Below the pieces are notes generated by a model. That model made no database searches and had not been told where the DNA came from. It saw nothing but the letters and a program-made list of their open reading frames with translations. A stretch of DNA of 64,000 nt from Macrostomum hystrix (Eukaryota > Animalia > Platyhelminthes), in assembly GCA_950097015.1 (NCBI GenBank), contig CATNEN010000038.1, forward strand, positions 33,170,001 through 33,234,000. Direction: 5' to 3'. Made by a program: the position numbers and the translations under genes. Shown one piece after another: positions 35,514 through 49,883 of this stretch (its first letter is position 1; every line of letters begins with the position of its first letter).

Positions 35514-36522
35514 TAACCCAGCTTGTAATTCATATTTATGAGCAGAGACTTACACGGCCTATTTTAAATACAGAGCCTTTTTCTTATTTGCAGCGCATCT
35601 TCACTCTCCAGCAGCAGCATAAGCAGCACCAGCAGTAGCGTCAGAAGCATCAGCAGAATCAGCAGAAGCAGCAGCCAGCAGCATCAGCAGCATCAGCAGA
35701 ATCTGCAGAAGCAGAAGCAGCAGCCAGCAGCATCAATAGCCGCAGCCAGCCCCGTCCGCCTGTGCCCACTTCGAGGTGAGATAAATATTCAATTGTACAG
35801 CTGGATAGCATTAGTTAGCCTCTGCGAAATATAATCGAGTAGACTTTAGCATAGAAATTATATTCGAATTGCCTTTCCATGTTTTTTGCTTGTCGTCGCT
35901 GCCGCCGCCAGTCAAAATTAAATCAAATTATTGAATGTCATAAGACATAGAGTCTGTGTCAATCAGTGTCAATCAGTCAGTCAATCGATCTCGAACGAAA
36001 CAATACATTCAGTATACTGTACACTGCTGCTGCTCTAATGCAATATCAATAACGAGAGAAAAAGAGTGCTTGCGAGCAAAGCCATAGAGGAAGCGTGGTC
36101 TTCCCAGTTCTAAAAATAGCTGCAGAGCTAGCGCGTGAATTTAAATACGCGTGAATTTAAATACACTGTTTACGTTGTTATAAACGAGAGAAGATGAAAG
36201 TGATTTTAGGAAGGCCTTTATGTTCATTTTTTGTCTTAATCTGACTTCCGAATAAATAAATCTAAATAGTAAGCTAAATGGAGCAGAACTGAACTGCTGC
36301 GCACTGAAATATAAGCGCTATACGAAAATTGCTATGTTTGCGTTTCAATGAGGCCCAAATGGCTCTCCGAAAAGACCGAATAATGAGTCGAAAAAAGCTG
36401 GGCAAAAATCTGAAAATTAGGAAAGTATAGGGACATATTTTATAAAGACAGACATAAGACAGATAAATAGCAGCAAGCCTAACTGAAACAAATTTAACAC
36501 TATAGTTTACATCCCTTAACTA

Positions 36523-37530
36523 ATGGCAGAACGAAGACTTATTTTAAACCTGTTGGTTGATTATTCTAAAAAATACGTTGGAGACTATGATCCAAATAAG
36601 CTTATGGTGGACGATTTAGACCTAGTGCTGGACGCTGGTGAAGATTTGCGAAACCCTTACACATTGCAAGAGGTGCGGTCATCGCGTGAAGAACCTGGTC
36701 CATCAATGCTGCCCAAGGACTTGACTCTCGATATGTTTTGATCAGTTAATGAGTCGACAAAGCCTGCCAATACCGCCAATCGGAACAAGTGGTCCGCTGG
36801 CGTCTTTGATTGGTGGCGCTCTGGCCGTTACAACGATTCTATTCGTGCTGTGCAAGAACTTAGTGATGAGCTAAACGAATTCCTTCCTGTTTTCATTCAT
36901 GAAGTGACCTGTGCCGATGGGACTCAATATCCGCCAAACACACTTGTGTCAATTGTTGCTGGTCTGCAACAAACTATCTGCAAGGTGAGTAAAGTTGATT
37001 TCTTTCGCAGTGAGTGATTCAGCATTGTGCGTGAAAGTCTGGACGCCCCATGAAGATTGGGATAAGAAATGGCTTAGGACTAGCCAGGAAATCTGCTGAA
37101 GTTGTTGGCTATGAAGATCGGGAGAAACTTTGGGAGAAAGTGTTGGGCGACAAAGATCTTACGAGTCTGATCAGAGCTTTGTTTTATCTCAACGGCTTGC
37201 ATTTTGCTCTACGTGGCGTTCAGGAACATAGTGCCCTGTGTATTTCGCAATTCAATGTGCAAGAGCAAGAGGGACAGAAATTTATTGTTTACATAAAGAT
37301 GACCACGAAGACGAATGCTGGTAGATTGCGCGACACTCGCTTCAAACGAAAGGAAGTTCTTCACTTCGCCAATACAGCCAATCCGGAACGTTGTCATGTT
37401 CGGCTTTTCAAGCTTTTTAAGAAATCCAGGCCTAGCCAGAGTAATAGATTTTACCTTCTGCCGCTGAAGCAACCATCAGAGAAGCAATGGTACTCGAATC
37501 GTCCAATTGGCGAAAACACCCTGACAAAAT
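36523..37530 (+). pseudogene. Crypton (DUF3504-type) tyrosine recombinase, N-terminal part
   Basis: PANT..NKWS, FIHEV..DGTQYPPNTL, FALRG, KTNAG, NPERCHV, WYSNRPIGENTL; contains stops and frameshifts. Confidence 0.85.
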
Positions 37531-38481
37531 TAAAGAGTACAATACTTTTTCTAAAAACTAAAATTGTCATTGTCATTTGTCAACATAGCTAACATCAGAA
37601 ATAACATTTTCATTTTCTATTCCTTTAAATTCTGAAAGACATTGACCTGTTTTGATCAATCCAGGCTTTCTCTGGATTGATCCTATATGCCATCTAACTT
37701 GAACTTACTAATGTCGCACGTGTTAGGTTTAATGTCGATTGGCCTTCACATTGGCCTTTAGTTTAACTCTTTTAAATATCAATGAAAGGAATTTGCTCTG
37801 AAATAAAATATATGTTTTCTTTAATTACAATGCAATATAACACAAATGTCATTTTTAGTGCGTTCTACTGATTGACTTTTGTTTCTTCGATTATACTTCC
37901 CTGAATATCGATCGATCGGAATATCTGTCGGCGAAAGTAAAAAAGGTGCATGTATGTGACTTTCGTCCGCGCGGATTCTATTGCGGTAAAAACCGCATTG
38001 TGATGTGTGAACACAACAATGGGGTTTTCAATGAGGTTTTTATGAGGGAATTACCGCATTGAACCAACTATATGTATTTTAATTCAGTTAATATATCACA
38101 TATCAAATATTAAATTCATTATTTATATACAACTTCTGATGCGGTATTTAAAATGTAAGACTTTTAATGCAGTTTTCGATGTGGTTTTCAATGCAGTATT
38201 TATGTACAACTTTTGATGCTTTTTTGGATGGGGTATTTATATATGACTTTATGCTCTATTTATATTTAAATCCCTGCGAAGGTCTTTTCCAGGATGTATT
38301 TTTACCTGATAAAACAAACACCGAACTAGAATTCGTATTTTTCGAGTTTTATATTTTATAGTTCATTCTGGATGTCAAAAAACGAGACTATGCATATAAC
38401 TAAAAAAGAAAATTTGCAGGTCTTTTTAGTGCGTAGATCAGTTTTTAGTTATTAACAGTTGGGTTCATAGCATGCATGTAA

Positions 38482-38795
38482 TCAATTTTTGATGATGAAT
38501 GAGCAGTTATTAAAACTGAAATTCAGCTGACGCTCACAGCAGACGCTAGCTACATCTGTCTCAGCCTTGCGTAGTATTCTAGTGTCCAATACAGCGCAGG
38601 AATTGGCGATTTGAATGTCGGACGTCCGCTTGTACGTGCGGACTCCAGCCAAACTTCGGTGACCTGTTCGTTCCATTATTTGCTGTTCTTCAACGCCAGC
38701 TTGGTAAAGACGTGTAGCACATGTAGCGCATAGACTATGATTAGTCTTGTGGCCAGAAATCTCGGCTTCAGTGCACATTTCATGCATAAACTTTG
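38482..38795 (-). pseudogene. Crypton tyrosine recombinase, C-terminal catalytic part (inverted)
   Basis: TNHSLCAT (HSLR with R>C), IMERTGHRS..VRTYKR. Confidence 0.85.
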
Positions 38796-39789
38796 TATAT
38801 ATACGAGTACAAAGATATGGCCCTTGCCTTATAACTTTTAAATATGGTTTGGCAATTGGCAGTGCTTATTGTCAGGGTACCATGCCAGTAACTTTGTTTA
38901 ATACACTCTAATCTTGTTTTAATTATTAGAGATTCAAAAAACAATGTTGTTGTAGGCCCCTTAGCCTAAAACATAATAGTTCCTAGTCCTAGGCCTAGTT
39001 CCTAGGACTACTTTTAAATTTATTATCTTCATCTTATTGTTCTATGGTCTAGTTGACTAATGCTAGGCCAATGCTAGACATATCTATAAATTAGCTAGAC
39101 AAGATAGGCTTAAGCTATTTTTATAATATGTTAGAGTAGCTAGCTATATATATTCTTTTATTTGATTTCTCTAAGTAGGGCCTAATGTAGACACAATATT
39201 ATTGAAAAGAAGAAAAAATTAAATTGCATATAGGTGTATTTCTTTTTCATTTGTTAAGTTGATAGCTAGCTATATAGTTAACCTCATAAATATAATGGGT
39301 TACAATTGCGTTTGTCATATACTCATTACTAGTTCAACATCAAAATTATTATTACCTAGCTATTGAGTATTGTATTAATTAGCTAGCATGTTCCAGTTCA
39401 GAGTTTTGCATATTATTAAAGGTTATTTATAGCTTTTAAAATAAAATTTCAAATTTGAAGCTATATATACAAACAGCTAGCCCTAAATAGAATGAATCTA
39501 TAATAAATAAAGCTTTTTACAAAAATAATTGTCTAATCCTTTTAGTTTTGTCATTTATAAAATTTGAGTTCTAAACAACCATTACTATCATTTACTATTT
39601 ACGTCGTACAATTATAGATTAAAGAACAATATTTATTGTTATAAATTTGCCGATTTAACAAATTGCTTCTATTGCATACATTTTATTACTTTTCTAAAAC
39701 AATTGTCTCTTACAATTTATAGTAATAAGACCAGTTGCAGTTGAAGTAGAAATATATGTTTATATATATCTTATATTTTTATTTTTTGT

Positions 39790-42700
39790 CTATAGATATA
39801 TCCACATAGAAATAAAGGGGAGAGTAAATTACTTGTACATTCATGTGATTCAGCTTGTTCTTGACTTCAAAAGTATTTCTCCAAGGAGACTGACCAACTT
39901 GACCGAAAATGGCTTCCTGATGTTGTCTTTCCTTTGCTACGAGATATCCATGAATATGGAATTTACTATGTTAACAAGGAAGTCATCCGGACTAACATTC
40001 GACGAAGAGGCAGCTTTGCATATTCATTACGACTCATCTGTGCAGAATCTGCAGAATGTAAAGCTGTTGCTATGCTATCCATGAATGAGTTGCCACTTGT
40101 CCAGACTGTTGATTTAACTTAGCGAAGACTAAACAAACATAGTGGCCACAGAGACATAACACAGATGACACAGAACACAGAATAACACAGAATCCTCGCC
40201 ATCAATGGCAGCGTGGATCAATGGAGTGCCGTAAGTTTATCAAAGAAAAGGCAATAAGTACGGATGGTGGACCAACTTAAATTTACGAGGAAGGTTTGAA
40301 ACAGTTTCACGTAGGAAATTGCTCATTGGCTGCTACACGCCAATCATGCAGTCGCATTCAGAATGCTCCTAGCAAAGCACCACCTAGTAAAGAACTACAT
40401 TGCAAAGATCTGGATGAGCAAGAGGTGCTACTAATGCAAATGAACGATTGGAAAGTCTCAATGCAGCCTAGTGAAGGTGTTCAAGGATTTATTCAGCGCA
40501 TTAGTATTACACCATTTGGCATTGTGATTTATTGTGCCAAACAGCAGCAGCTATTGCGCCAATTATTGAGAAATAATCCCGACACTCCCGTCCATATTGA
40601 CGCCACTGGTGGTCTCGTGTGCAAATCGGATGTTGTACCTGCGAGGGTTCTTCTTTGTAGCGTAGTTGTTGGTATCCGTACCTCATCCACTGTGAAATCA
40701 CTACCAGCGCCACAAACAGAGGCCGATTTATAGTCCACAAAGACTGAAGATATCACAGCCTGGTTAGACTCATTTCTGCTCAATTTTTCTCGCTTCGATG
40801 ACCGCGGTGGTTGGGAAATGAGACATGTTGGACCGCGCATCTACGTCACTGATTTCAGCTGGGTTTTTTGCACGGTATTCTTCGAGCTGCAGCAGAAGTG
40901 AATCTGGCTACCTATCTAAGGAAGCAGTATAAACGTTTAACTGCTTACGACATTAAGTCTCCATCGTACCCTATTGTATTTATTTGTAGTTCGCATCTGA
41001 TGCACCGCGTCGCTATTAAAAATAAGGAAAAGAAGACAACATTTTTACTTTTATTTGCTCAGCTTATCACCGCAGACAGCGTGAGTTTCGTGAATTCCCT
41101 CTGGAAGGCTATGCTACTCGTACGTGTGTTTTGCAGTCCCTATCTTACTTCTGATTGTCAGGCAGCTTACGATTTACTTTATCAGCACGCTTGTCGCTTA
41201 CCTAAAAGCTGCCACAAGGTTGTCGAGAATGTTATGAAAGCCGATTTGGAACCAGAACAAGAAAATGACTTGTAGGGTACAATAGGGTACGATGGAGACT
41301 TAAGTAGCATATGATCCTCTGTTTTGAAACGAAGAAGCGACTCTCCGATCAAATTCACCATTTGCTAGTATTTTCGACAAGCCAGAGCTTGATATATCTT
41401 TGGTTTGATGGTCTTCTGTATCTGTGGTTCGCTCTTTCGTTCTAATGTTCTGAGTTAAGTCAATAAGCGGTGAGTTTGACTCAATGTTTCCAGCGGTGTT
41501 AAACCTTCTCTAATGTGTTATATTTCTATCCTGATGTCTGATGTTATTTAAGCAATCACAATGATAGTAATCAATTGATATACTAAGTAAGAAGCAGTCA
41601 AGATCGAGATACTTATCGTATCCGTTCGATGGGTTGCGGTCCAAGGTCAAGGTCCAATATCTAGTAATCCAAACTATAGTCTGATCGGCTCTAGTGGAGT
41701 TCAAGGTTGAGAGTGGGGTGGTGCCGATGTTCCCGACTGCTTCGTACTTTCGTATGTTAAATAGGCAGTGTATGTTAGACTGTCATTGGTAGCCTGCGTT
41801 TAGCGAATTAGCGGATAGTAAGCGATAGTAAGCAATGCATTGGTTGGATTGCATTAGAACGCATATGGTAGAAGTGGCTACATCTCAATCTGATCAATCA
41901 ATTCACAGAACAAGGACATGAAGAGAATCCGCTTTTTTTGCCTGTCCCACTGGAAAGAATCTACAAACTTTATCTGCCACTTTTGCCACTTTAGAGTGTG
42001 TGTGTTTCACGGAACAACGATTACAAAGCATCTAACAAACAGTACAGTTGAAGCATGGTTTAGTTGGGTGAAAAATCGAGTACGCCGATAGAGTAGCTCA
42101 CGATTGAAAATTAGCAACATGTTACGTGACCATCTCGATTGTGTGCTGGACAGACTTCGTAGAGTAAAAAAGGAGCAACAACCAGTGCTGCCTCCACGAA
42201 AAGCAAGGCATCGAAGACGACAGCAGAATGAGGATGCGCCCCATTTTCCGAAGGGTGATCCTTGGGCTTCAAGACCGAAAGAATGCAAACCCTCTTACTT
42301 AAGTGGAACACTTGTACCGAAGTGGCCCTTAAAGCGCAGCGGAATCCGCGAATGTGTATCTCAGTCGGAAAGCGTTGCAAACGCAATGAAAGTGCATCTC
42401 GATCTATCCGTTAAGGAACCATTCGTCTGCGTCAAAACTGACAACTGCGGCGAAGAAATTAAACTAGTAAACGACAGTAAGAACCCAGCTATCAGAAGGA
42501 CACGTTTTGTAGTCGGCAATCTCAGCGATTCACCACAAAGGCTAATCGTCAGCAAAAGCATTTCCTGTATCGACGCAAGCGGTATCAAAGTCTGTGTTAC
42601 AACTGGTGCCAAAAGCCAAGTCAAATCGAGTGACACAAAGATTCCAGTCGAACCTAGTGGCGCCATGAGCCCCATTGAATCGAGTAGCTCCAAGAATGAA

Positions 42701-43000
42701 GTCAAATCGAGTGGCGCCAAGAATAAAGTCGCATCAAGTGGCGCCAAGAAGTGTTCTACTAACCATGAAAAGTTAGGAAGTAGTCGCGCAGCATGCGGGA
42801 ACTCTGTAGTGACGGCCACTTGTAGAAGTAAACAGACCAAAGAACCCGCTTTTACAAAAAAAGAGTTTGTGATTTGCTTCTCCACGGAAGAGAAGTTTGG
42901 CACATTTTGTATTAGACGATTCGACAGGGACTCACTTCTTAGCGAACGTTGCTGGATTAGTGTCACGGTAAATAACTTTTGGTTTCTCTTATATTTGTCA
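39790..43000 (+). pseudogene. Decayed MULE-NOF-like transposase
   Basis: VHIDATGGLV, YVTDFSW, FICSSHLM, LTNSTVEAWF across frameshifted fragments; an apparent insertion at ~41400-41810. Confidence 0.65.
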
Positions 43001-44390
43001 GCTGCACTTACAGTTGAAGCACTCCAATTACCAGCCAGCGAATTACCAGCCGTCAAATGCCAGCGGCACTTGATATTCAAATAACTTTATGTCGAAATAC
43101 GAGAATCAGAAAAATTTGGTTTCAATTGCTGCTCCTTTAAATAAAATATTGTTTTTTGTTGATCCGCACGAAAATTTAAACAGTACTTTGTGCAATTTTC
43201 TCCCGTTTTATTTTGTCTATTTTTCTAACGTACGAAGGTCTAATTTTGATTTTCCATGGCTTTTTATTGAAGTGCAAACCACCTTTGATAAACATATCTT
43301 AGCTCCTCATAGCCAATTGTCTGGGTTGCTGTGTTTTTCTAGCCAGCTTACAAAGTATAATAAATTAGCCCTACGTTAGTTGCCATTGTAGTAAATTAAG
43401 CTTTATAGGCCTAGCTTTCTTTAAAATACTTTTAAAAAGTATCCTAAGTTTAAATTTCAATTACTATTTTATTTTATTACTAAATTAAAAGTGTAAATTG
43501 AAATAATTATTTGAATTTAGCTAGCTACTGACAAAATAGAGACCTGTAGAGTGTAGGCCTATCTAGGCAATTATTTCCATCATTAAACTTGACTTTATTG
43601 TCAATTGTCATTATAGTTAGGCCTTTCTGTTATAGCTATCCAATTATTCTCCTATTAGGTATTGATCTCTTACTAGTGAAGTGAATAATAGATCTATCGA
43701 TGATTGATAATGTTACTTGGCCCAGTTAGGCCTATACAAGTTTTGTATTGTGTGTGACAACATTATAGATCATTGATCAAGTTTACTTAAGGAGAGCTAG
43801 GCCTAGACTATCATTTTAATTTTGCTGACTGCTATCTTTGTAACAGACTAGAGCCTAGGCTACCAAAGAAATAAATATCAATATTTATCTAGTAGTGACT
43901 ATTTAATAATTTGTTTTTATATTCAGTTTTTGTTATTAGTTATACCTAGAAGAACTGTCTAAACATACTTAGCATTAAAATCTATCTTGACCCATAGGCG
44001 TAGCCAAATATTTTTGGTGTAAAGATTGTACAAATAGAATAATAAATAGCTAGGCCCAGCTATCAATCTTAATGATTATTAATAGTATTTCAATATATGA
44101 TAAGAAACTATTGTCCTGGTTTATTATATTGTTGACCAGAAGTTAAATACTTAAATATCTACCATTAGGGTAGCCATGAACTGGTAAGAAAATTAATTCC
44201 TTTACTTACTTGCCTAGTTTATTAACTATAAAAATTTTGTATTTGGTAATTTATTTAAATAGAACAAATCATTAAACCATTTTTCTAATTCCATGTTTTA
44301 AATAATAACTCAATCAATGACATTCATATTTAAAATCTATAATTGTCTTATTTTCTTTTTAAGCTTATATGACTAAATGAACCAAAACTA

Positions 44391-46480
44391 ATGTCATCTC
44401 GACAATGTTATGAGAAACGTCATATAAAGAAATTTCTTCTTGACCAGGATGAAGATTCAATTCAAAGTATGTTATCTGATAATGAGGCTTCCAATAGTTC
44501 TTTACTACATATTCCAAGTACCACACTGCAATTAACTTCAGAATTGTTATTACAACCAAAACATGACCTCAATCCTAGTGAACATGAATTGGAATACAAA
44601 GAGGTAGGCAATAACAGTGACTGTTCTTTTGTATCAGATGCTAAAGAATCTACAGACTTTTCTGATGAAGAGTATGACATAGAAAGTGACCTAAAAGATT
44701 GGGCCTGTAAATTTAATATCAGTGGTAATGCTTTAAGTCATTTACTAAAGATTTTAAAGAAGCAAAATCCTGAATTACCTGCTGATGCTAGAACTTTGCT
44801 AGAAACAACCAGGAAAAGAAAAGAAATTAATGCCATTGTTGAAGTATTTCCTGGCAAATATTACCACTTTGGAGTTAAATCCGGTTTGCACTACATTTTG
44901 TCAACTGTTAAAGACAATTTTAACTTATATAACATGCAATCCTTGACTCTTTCATTGAATATTGATGGTGTTCCTCTTTTTAATAGTTTTGTAGCTGGAT
45001 TCTGGGTCATTTTAGGTGCAATAAATGAAATTGCAAATTCAGTTTTTGTTATTGGCATTTATCATGGCCAAAACAAGCCAGATTCAGCAAACATGTTTTT
45101 AAAAGAGGTTTGCAAAGAGCTTAGCATTATTTGCAATGAACCCTTTTGCTTTCAAAATCTTCAGCTATCATTTTCATTTGGATGGATTATTTGTGACCTT
45201 CCTGCAAAAAAATTAGTGAAGAATACTGTGGGAATCACTGGTTACAATTCATGTGACAGCTGTTTTACTCATGGTCAGCATTGTCATGAATCAAGAAGCA
45301 TAGTCTTTCCTGAGACAAATGCAGAAAGAAGAAGTAATGAAGCCTTTCGTGAACGATTACAAGTTGAGCATCACCATGGTCTATCAGAATTTGAGCTTTT
45401 GCCAGTTGACATGAATTATGCATTCACCATGGATTCTCTTCATATTCTATATAAAGGTGTTGCACTTAAAGTATTGTTGCTACTGTCAAGTAAAGGTCCA
45501 CTACAGTTCCAAATTGGTGAACCTGGTCAGATTGAGTTGAGTAAACTCCTTGATCAAATTGGAAATTTTGTACCATCTGATTTCCAACGGAGGCCAAGAG
45601 CCTTTAAGCATATCAGACTCTGGAAAGCAACAGAACTCCGCTTCTTTGTTATTTACCTTATACCACTTGTACTGCCTCGCTTTGTCAGAAACCAAAGGCT
45701 TATGGATTTGTTTCTATGCCTGCATTTGCTTGGTATACTTCTAAACACAGAAGATATCATTGATAATCAGCACCAGATTCTAGAAAGAATTCTTCAAGCT
45801 TTTTATTCTTGTGTAAATGATTTGCTTGGGCCCAGCTTCTTCAGTCCAGTTGTTCATGGACTTCAACATCTTGTAGAAGATTATAAGCTTCATGGGTGCA
45901 TAGAAAAGTTTTCTTCCTTCTCTTTTGAGAACTTTAATAGGTTATATTAAAAAAGCTGTCCATTCACCACATTTGCCTCTAGAGCAACTTGCCAACCGTG
46001 TCTCTGAAACAAACCCATGCCTCAAACGACTGACTATAGATAATGCTACATTTCCAATCATCAGCAGGCAGTACTTTTCCAGTTCATTTACGAGTTGTTG
46101 CCAGAGTTGCTTAGTCAATTTTTGATGTACAAGCAAGTGCAACTCAGCAAGGACTTGTTCCTCTCACTTAAGCAAAGAGATTCCTTTTTTGTATAAAAGA
46201 AAATGGTCAGTTTAAAGCATGCAAGCTGGTTAATATTATTCAAGACTCCATCGGATGTAAAACTTTACTGATGTATCATCAGTTTTCTGTCTGTCAAGGG
46301 TACTATCATCACCCACTGGATTCATCAAAGATTGTTTTCCCTATCTGGCTTGCAGAAACGCATTAAAGTTGTTGATGCAAATTCTGTGCACTCAAAGCTT
46401 TTTGTTGTGCCAAAAAACGGGACTTCATTCATGAGCAATTCGGAAATGTTTGGATGCATCATTCTTCATACTTTCTAGAA
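44391..46480 (+). pseudogene. CACTA/EnSpm-type transposase, 519-aa open part with frameshifted tail
   Basis: LPADARTLL, NIDGVPLF, ICDLPAK, DSLHILYKGV, WKATELR, SSFSFEN; continues in other frames after 45950. Confidence 0.85.
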
Positions 46481-46709
46481 TGGTAAGTGATTAAAAAGCT
46501 AGCCTAGAAAATGGTTAGAAAAAGTTGGGCCTTAAGATTTTTTTTCATTTTTAGATATGTTGCCTTATAGTCTCAATTACACTACCATCACACTAAGCAA
46601 GACATTGTACATTATCCTATAAAACTAATTTGATGGCAGCATTAAGAAGCTTTAAGAAGACTAAGGAAGTCATGTTTTAATTTTAAATCCATGTACCCCT
46701 TCTTTTCAG

Positions 46710-48837
46710 ATGTTTTTTCTTGTCGAGTTTTGCGACGAAGAAGATAGTCCTGTTGCAATTGCGCCCTCAACATGAGTCTCTGGCAATGAAGTTGCATTTC
46801 CACCTAGGCAACTTTACAAAAAATTAAATGAATTATGCCGTGACCAATCGGCGCCTTCCTCTCAATGGGAGCTGTTTAAGATAAACATACTTACCGAAGG
46901 CGGTAAGACAAATATTTTTTCTTTATTATTAGAAACTTGTGTTGTAATTTTATTGTCTCCCTCGCTTTTTCTGCATAACTTTAGATGACTTGGACAGAAT
47001 GCGAACGCTCGAGCGCAGGTTTTCGATAAAAGGCACTTTTAGCGAAAGTGAATCGGAGGGTCCCCGAAAACGGCTGGCTCCTGCTAGACTTCTAGAAGAG
47101 TACCAACCGGTTCAGAAAAGACCTTGTCGCGGCACAGTTTCACCCGATTCATTTTCATCTAGCTCGTCTGCAATGCAACTTGGTCATACGCTTGGATTTT
47201 CGTCCAATGATATTTGCAGTGATTCAGTAAATCATGCGACTGCCGCTGCAGCCTTCGCGTCACCGCAGCAGACCAGCGAGACCACACGTTCAAAAAATAC
47301 TGCTGCTAGCGCCGCTGCAGCCTTTGCGTCACCGCAGCAGACCAGCGAGACCACACGTTCAAAAAATACTGCTGCTAGCGCCGCTGCAGCCTTTGCGTCG
47401 CCGCAGCAATGTTCTGCCACATCACATAACGAGAACTTCGATCCGGCATTCCAGTTTCGCCACTCAGAGATGAATTCATGTCAGTGTGCCAGCATTCTGA
47501 GTAAGAAGAAATTTCTGTTGGCACTTTACTGTAACCGCATGCTTATGTGCCTTTTAAATTTTTATATAGCTATAGTATATTCTAAAATAGTAATTGCTAG
47601 GTATTTTAGAAATTTTCGCTCTCATATGTTCCGACATATTTGTATGTCCCAACTCCTTCCTATTGGAAATTAGATTAAATATATTTTCGTTAAACATGTG
47701 TAGGTGTAGATTATGTGCGGGATTCTAATTGCAGGGTATATAGTTTTGTTTTTATATACTCGTATCTAAGAGCTCTGTTTAAATAGAATCTATACACATT
47801 CATTTTTAACAGTATGCATGTTTTTTTCTTCCTTTTGCAGAGTGGTTTCAAAAGTTGCTTCTTCGCATAAACGAAATTGAGCGCAAACAGGGCGACATCG
47901 TAGCCCTTGTGTCACGGATAGCTGAGGCACTGCCGAATATAGATTTACGCACCGCTGGCAATGAGAACTCTTTAATATCGCGCCTGCCTTTAGCATCAGC
48001 AGATGCCATCGAAGATTTGGGTGAAGAGATTTCAACCAACGAAGCGTTGTTTGAAGAACTTGTATGTCCTTCATTCTCGCCATTTTTATGATAATAATAT
48101 GGGAACAGAAAGACAGAGTTTTCATTGTTATAGGTATAGATGTACTTTAGCCAGATAAGTTATCGTATTCAAATGTGACACAAAGAAAGCTAACAAATGC
48201 ATTTCTTTTTTCGTGTTAAAAGTTTTCGCAACTAATTCGCTGTACATATATTTACATCGCCCATATTTTGTGCATGATATTTAGACCAATATTTACCTTG
48301 TAGTTTCTGATAATTTTCTTAAGCCACTTGCGCTTCGAAATTAGCAAATCTTTTCTTTCTTATTGTTGCTAGATATAACTTTTTTAAACTCTTAATTTCA
48401 TTTCCATTTCCAGAAACGCATGGCCCGATTCGCGTGCAGCTCTGACTTACGAAAGTCGGTCCGCGACTACTTTCTGAAGCTGTCTGTACCTAATGTTTGG
48501 CGGGTGTTCAATATGCAGGGCCGATTTAACAAAAAAGCCATTCCTAAACTTATCATTGCTGCTCTAGAAGGTAAGTTGGATTTTCACTGACTGCTTTGTG
48601 CTTCTCAACATCATAAATAGCCTATTTAGTCTGTCATCTTCTGTTCCCAACTGCTATTTTATCGTCAAGCATTCTGAAGCGGCAAGTCCAAAATAAGAAA
48701 ATAGCATCAGTTATTGGCGACGTGTTCAAGCACATCGGCGAACCGGCGAGCACGCAGCATACAGAGCCTGGATCACTAGCAGATGTTATGCCTCTAGACG
48801 AGGGGGCGAATGAAGCTGATTATGAGAATTCAAATTG
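46710..48837 (+). pseudogene. Spliced accessory (TnpA/DUF4806-like) gene of the CACTA element
   Basis: Exon 46710-46902 FFLVEF..VAIAPST*V..AFPP with an in-frame stop; further AG/GT-bounded coding-like segments at ~46985-47500, 47842-48061 and 48414-48570. Confidence 0.55.
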
Positions 48838-48882
48838 ATTAATTACTTTTAACTGTTAAGTGCTCCGGTTTCTTCTTGCTCG

Positions 48883-49129
48883 CACCTGCTCAAAGCATGC
48901 CCTCTCTCAAATTTGCAGATGCAACCTGCTCAAAGCGTGCCCTCTCTCAAACTTGCAGATGCAACCTGCTCAAAGCGTGCCCTCTCTCAAACTTGCAGAT
49001 GCAACCTGCTCAAAGCGTGCCCTCTCTCAAACTTGCAGATGCAACCTGCTCAAAGCGTGCCCTTTCTCAAACTTGCAGATGCAACCTGCTCAAAGCGTGC
49101 CCTCTCTCAAACTTGCAGATGCAACCTGC
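48883..49129. repeat. 40-bp tandem repeat, ~6 copies
   Basis: Unit CCTGCTCAAAGCGTGCCCTCTCTCAAACTTGCAGATGCAA. Confidence 0.95.
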
Positions 49130-49810
49130 AAGCTTTCCTTTTGGTACTATTTTTCTGCGCTACAACTCTATAAATAAGTCAGCTTTAGTGTGCAACGAAT
49201 ATAAGACGCAAATTTTTATTTATTTATCCGAATTGACACATCTTTAGTAAAAATCTAATACCTAAATCTGTGTATGTTTCTGCCTATGTCTGTCTGTCTG
49301 TCTGTCTGTCTGTCCGTATGTTTCACGTTTTAAGCTGAATGCCTGGACCATTTTCAACCGGATTTGTTGAATTCGATTCGAAATTTTCAGCCGGTGGTGT
49401 GGCTTAAAATTGGTTGAATTCTGTTTATATTAAGACTGTTAAATTGACAGAAAACTGTATTTTTTGCAAAGTTCATATAAGTTCAAACATGCTCGGCTGC
49501 TCTGGCTTGCTAAAAGTGTTCATTTCATTAGATTGCATCAGCAGTGCCCAAGTTCAATTTACTCTCTTACCCTCTTTTCTGCATAGGCTAAAAAATCCAT
49601 GCGCATCAATGTGCGTGTGGACCTTTCCTGCCGGCCAAATGAATTGCCCAGTGCTAAATGTGCATATCGTGTGTATTTGTGGGTCCCGCTTACCCTGGCT
49701 GGCTGAATTATTCATTGCTAGCCTAGACGCACTAAAATGTACACTTCTTAGCTAGCTAGCAGTGAGAGATTCAAACATAAATATGCAGATTTTTGTGCCC
49801 TCACATCAAC

Positions 49811-49883
49811 GGTCGGATAGCCAGCTGGTAGGCACTTAGGCTAGGTTAGGCTAGGATTCCCCGGCTCGAGTCCCCAGTGCGGC
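49811..49883 (+). other. tRNA-derived SINE-like head
   Basis: A-box-like TAGCCAGCTGG and B-box-like GGCTCGAGTCC; no clean cloverleaf. Confidence 0.3.

Noticed and set aside
42900-42970. Ulp1-like protease start after the NOF-like transposase
   Set aside because: Only a vague DSLL..CWIS resemblance; no catalytic triad visible.
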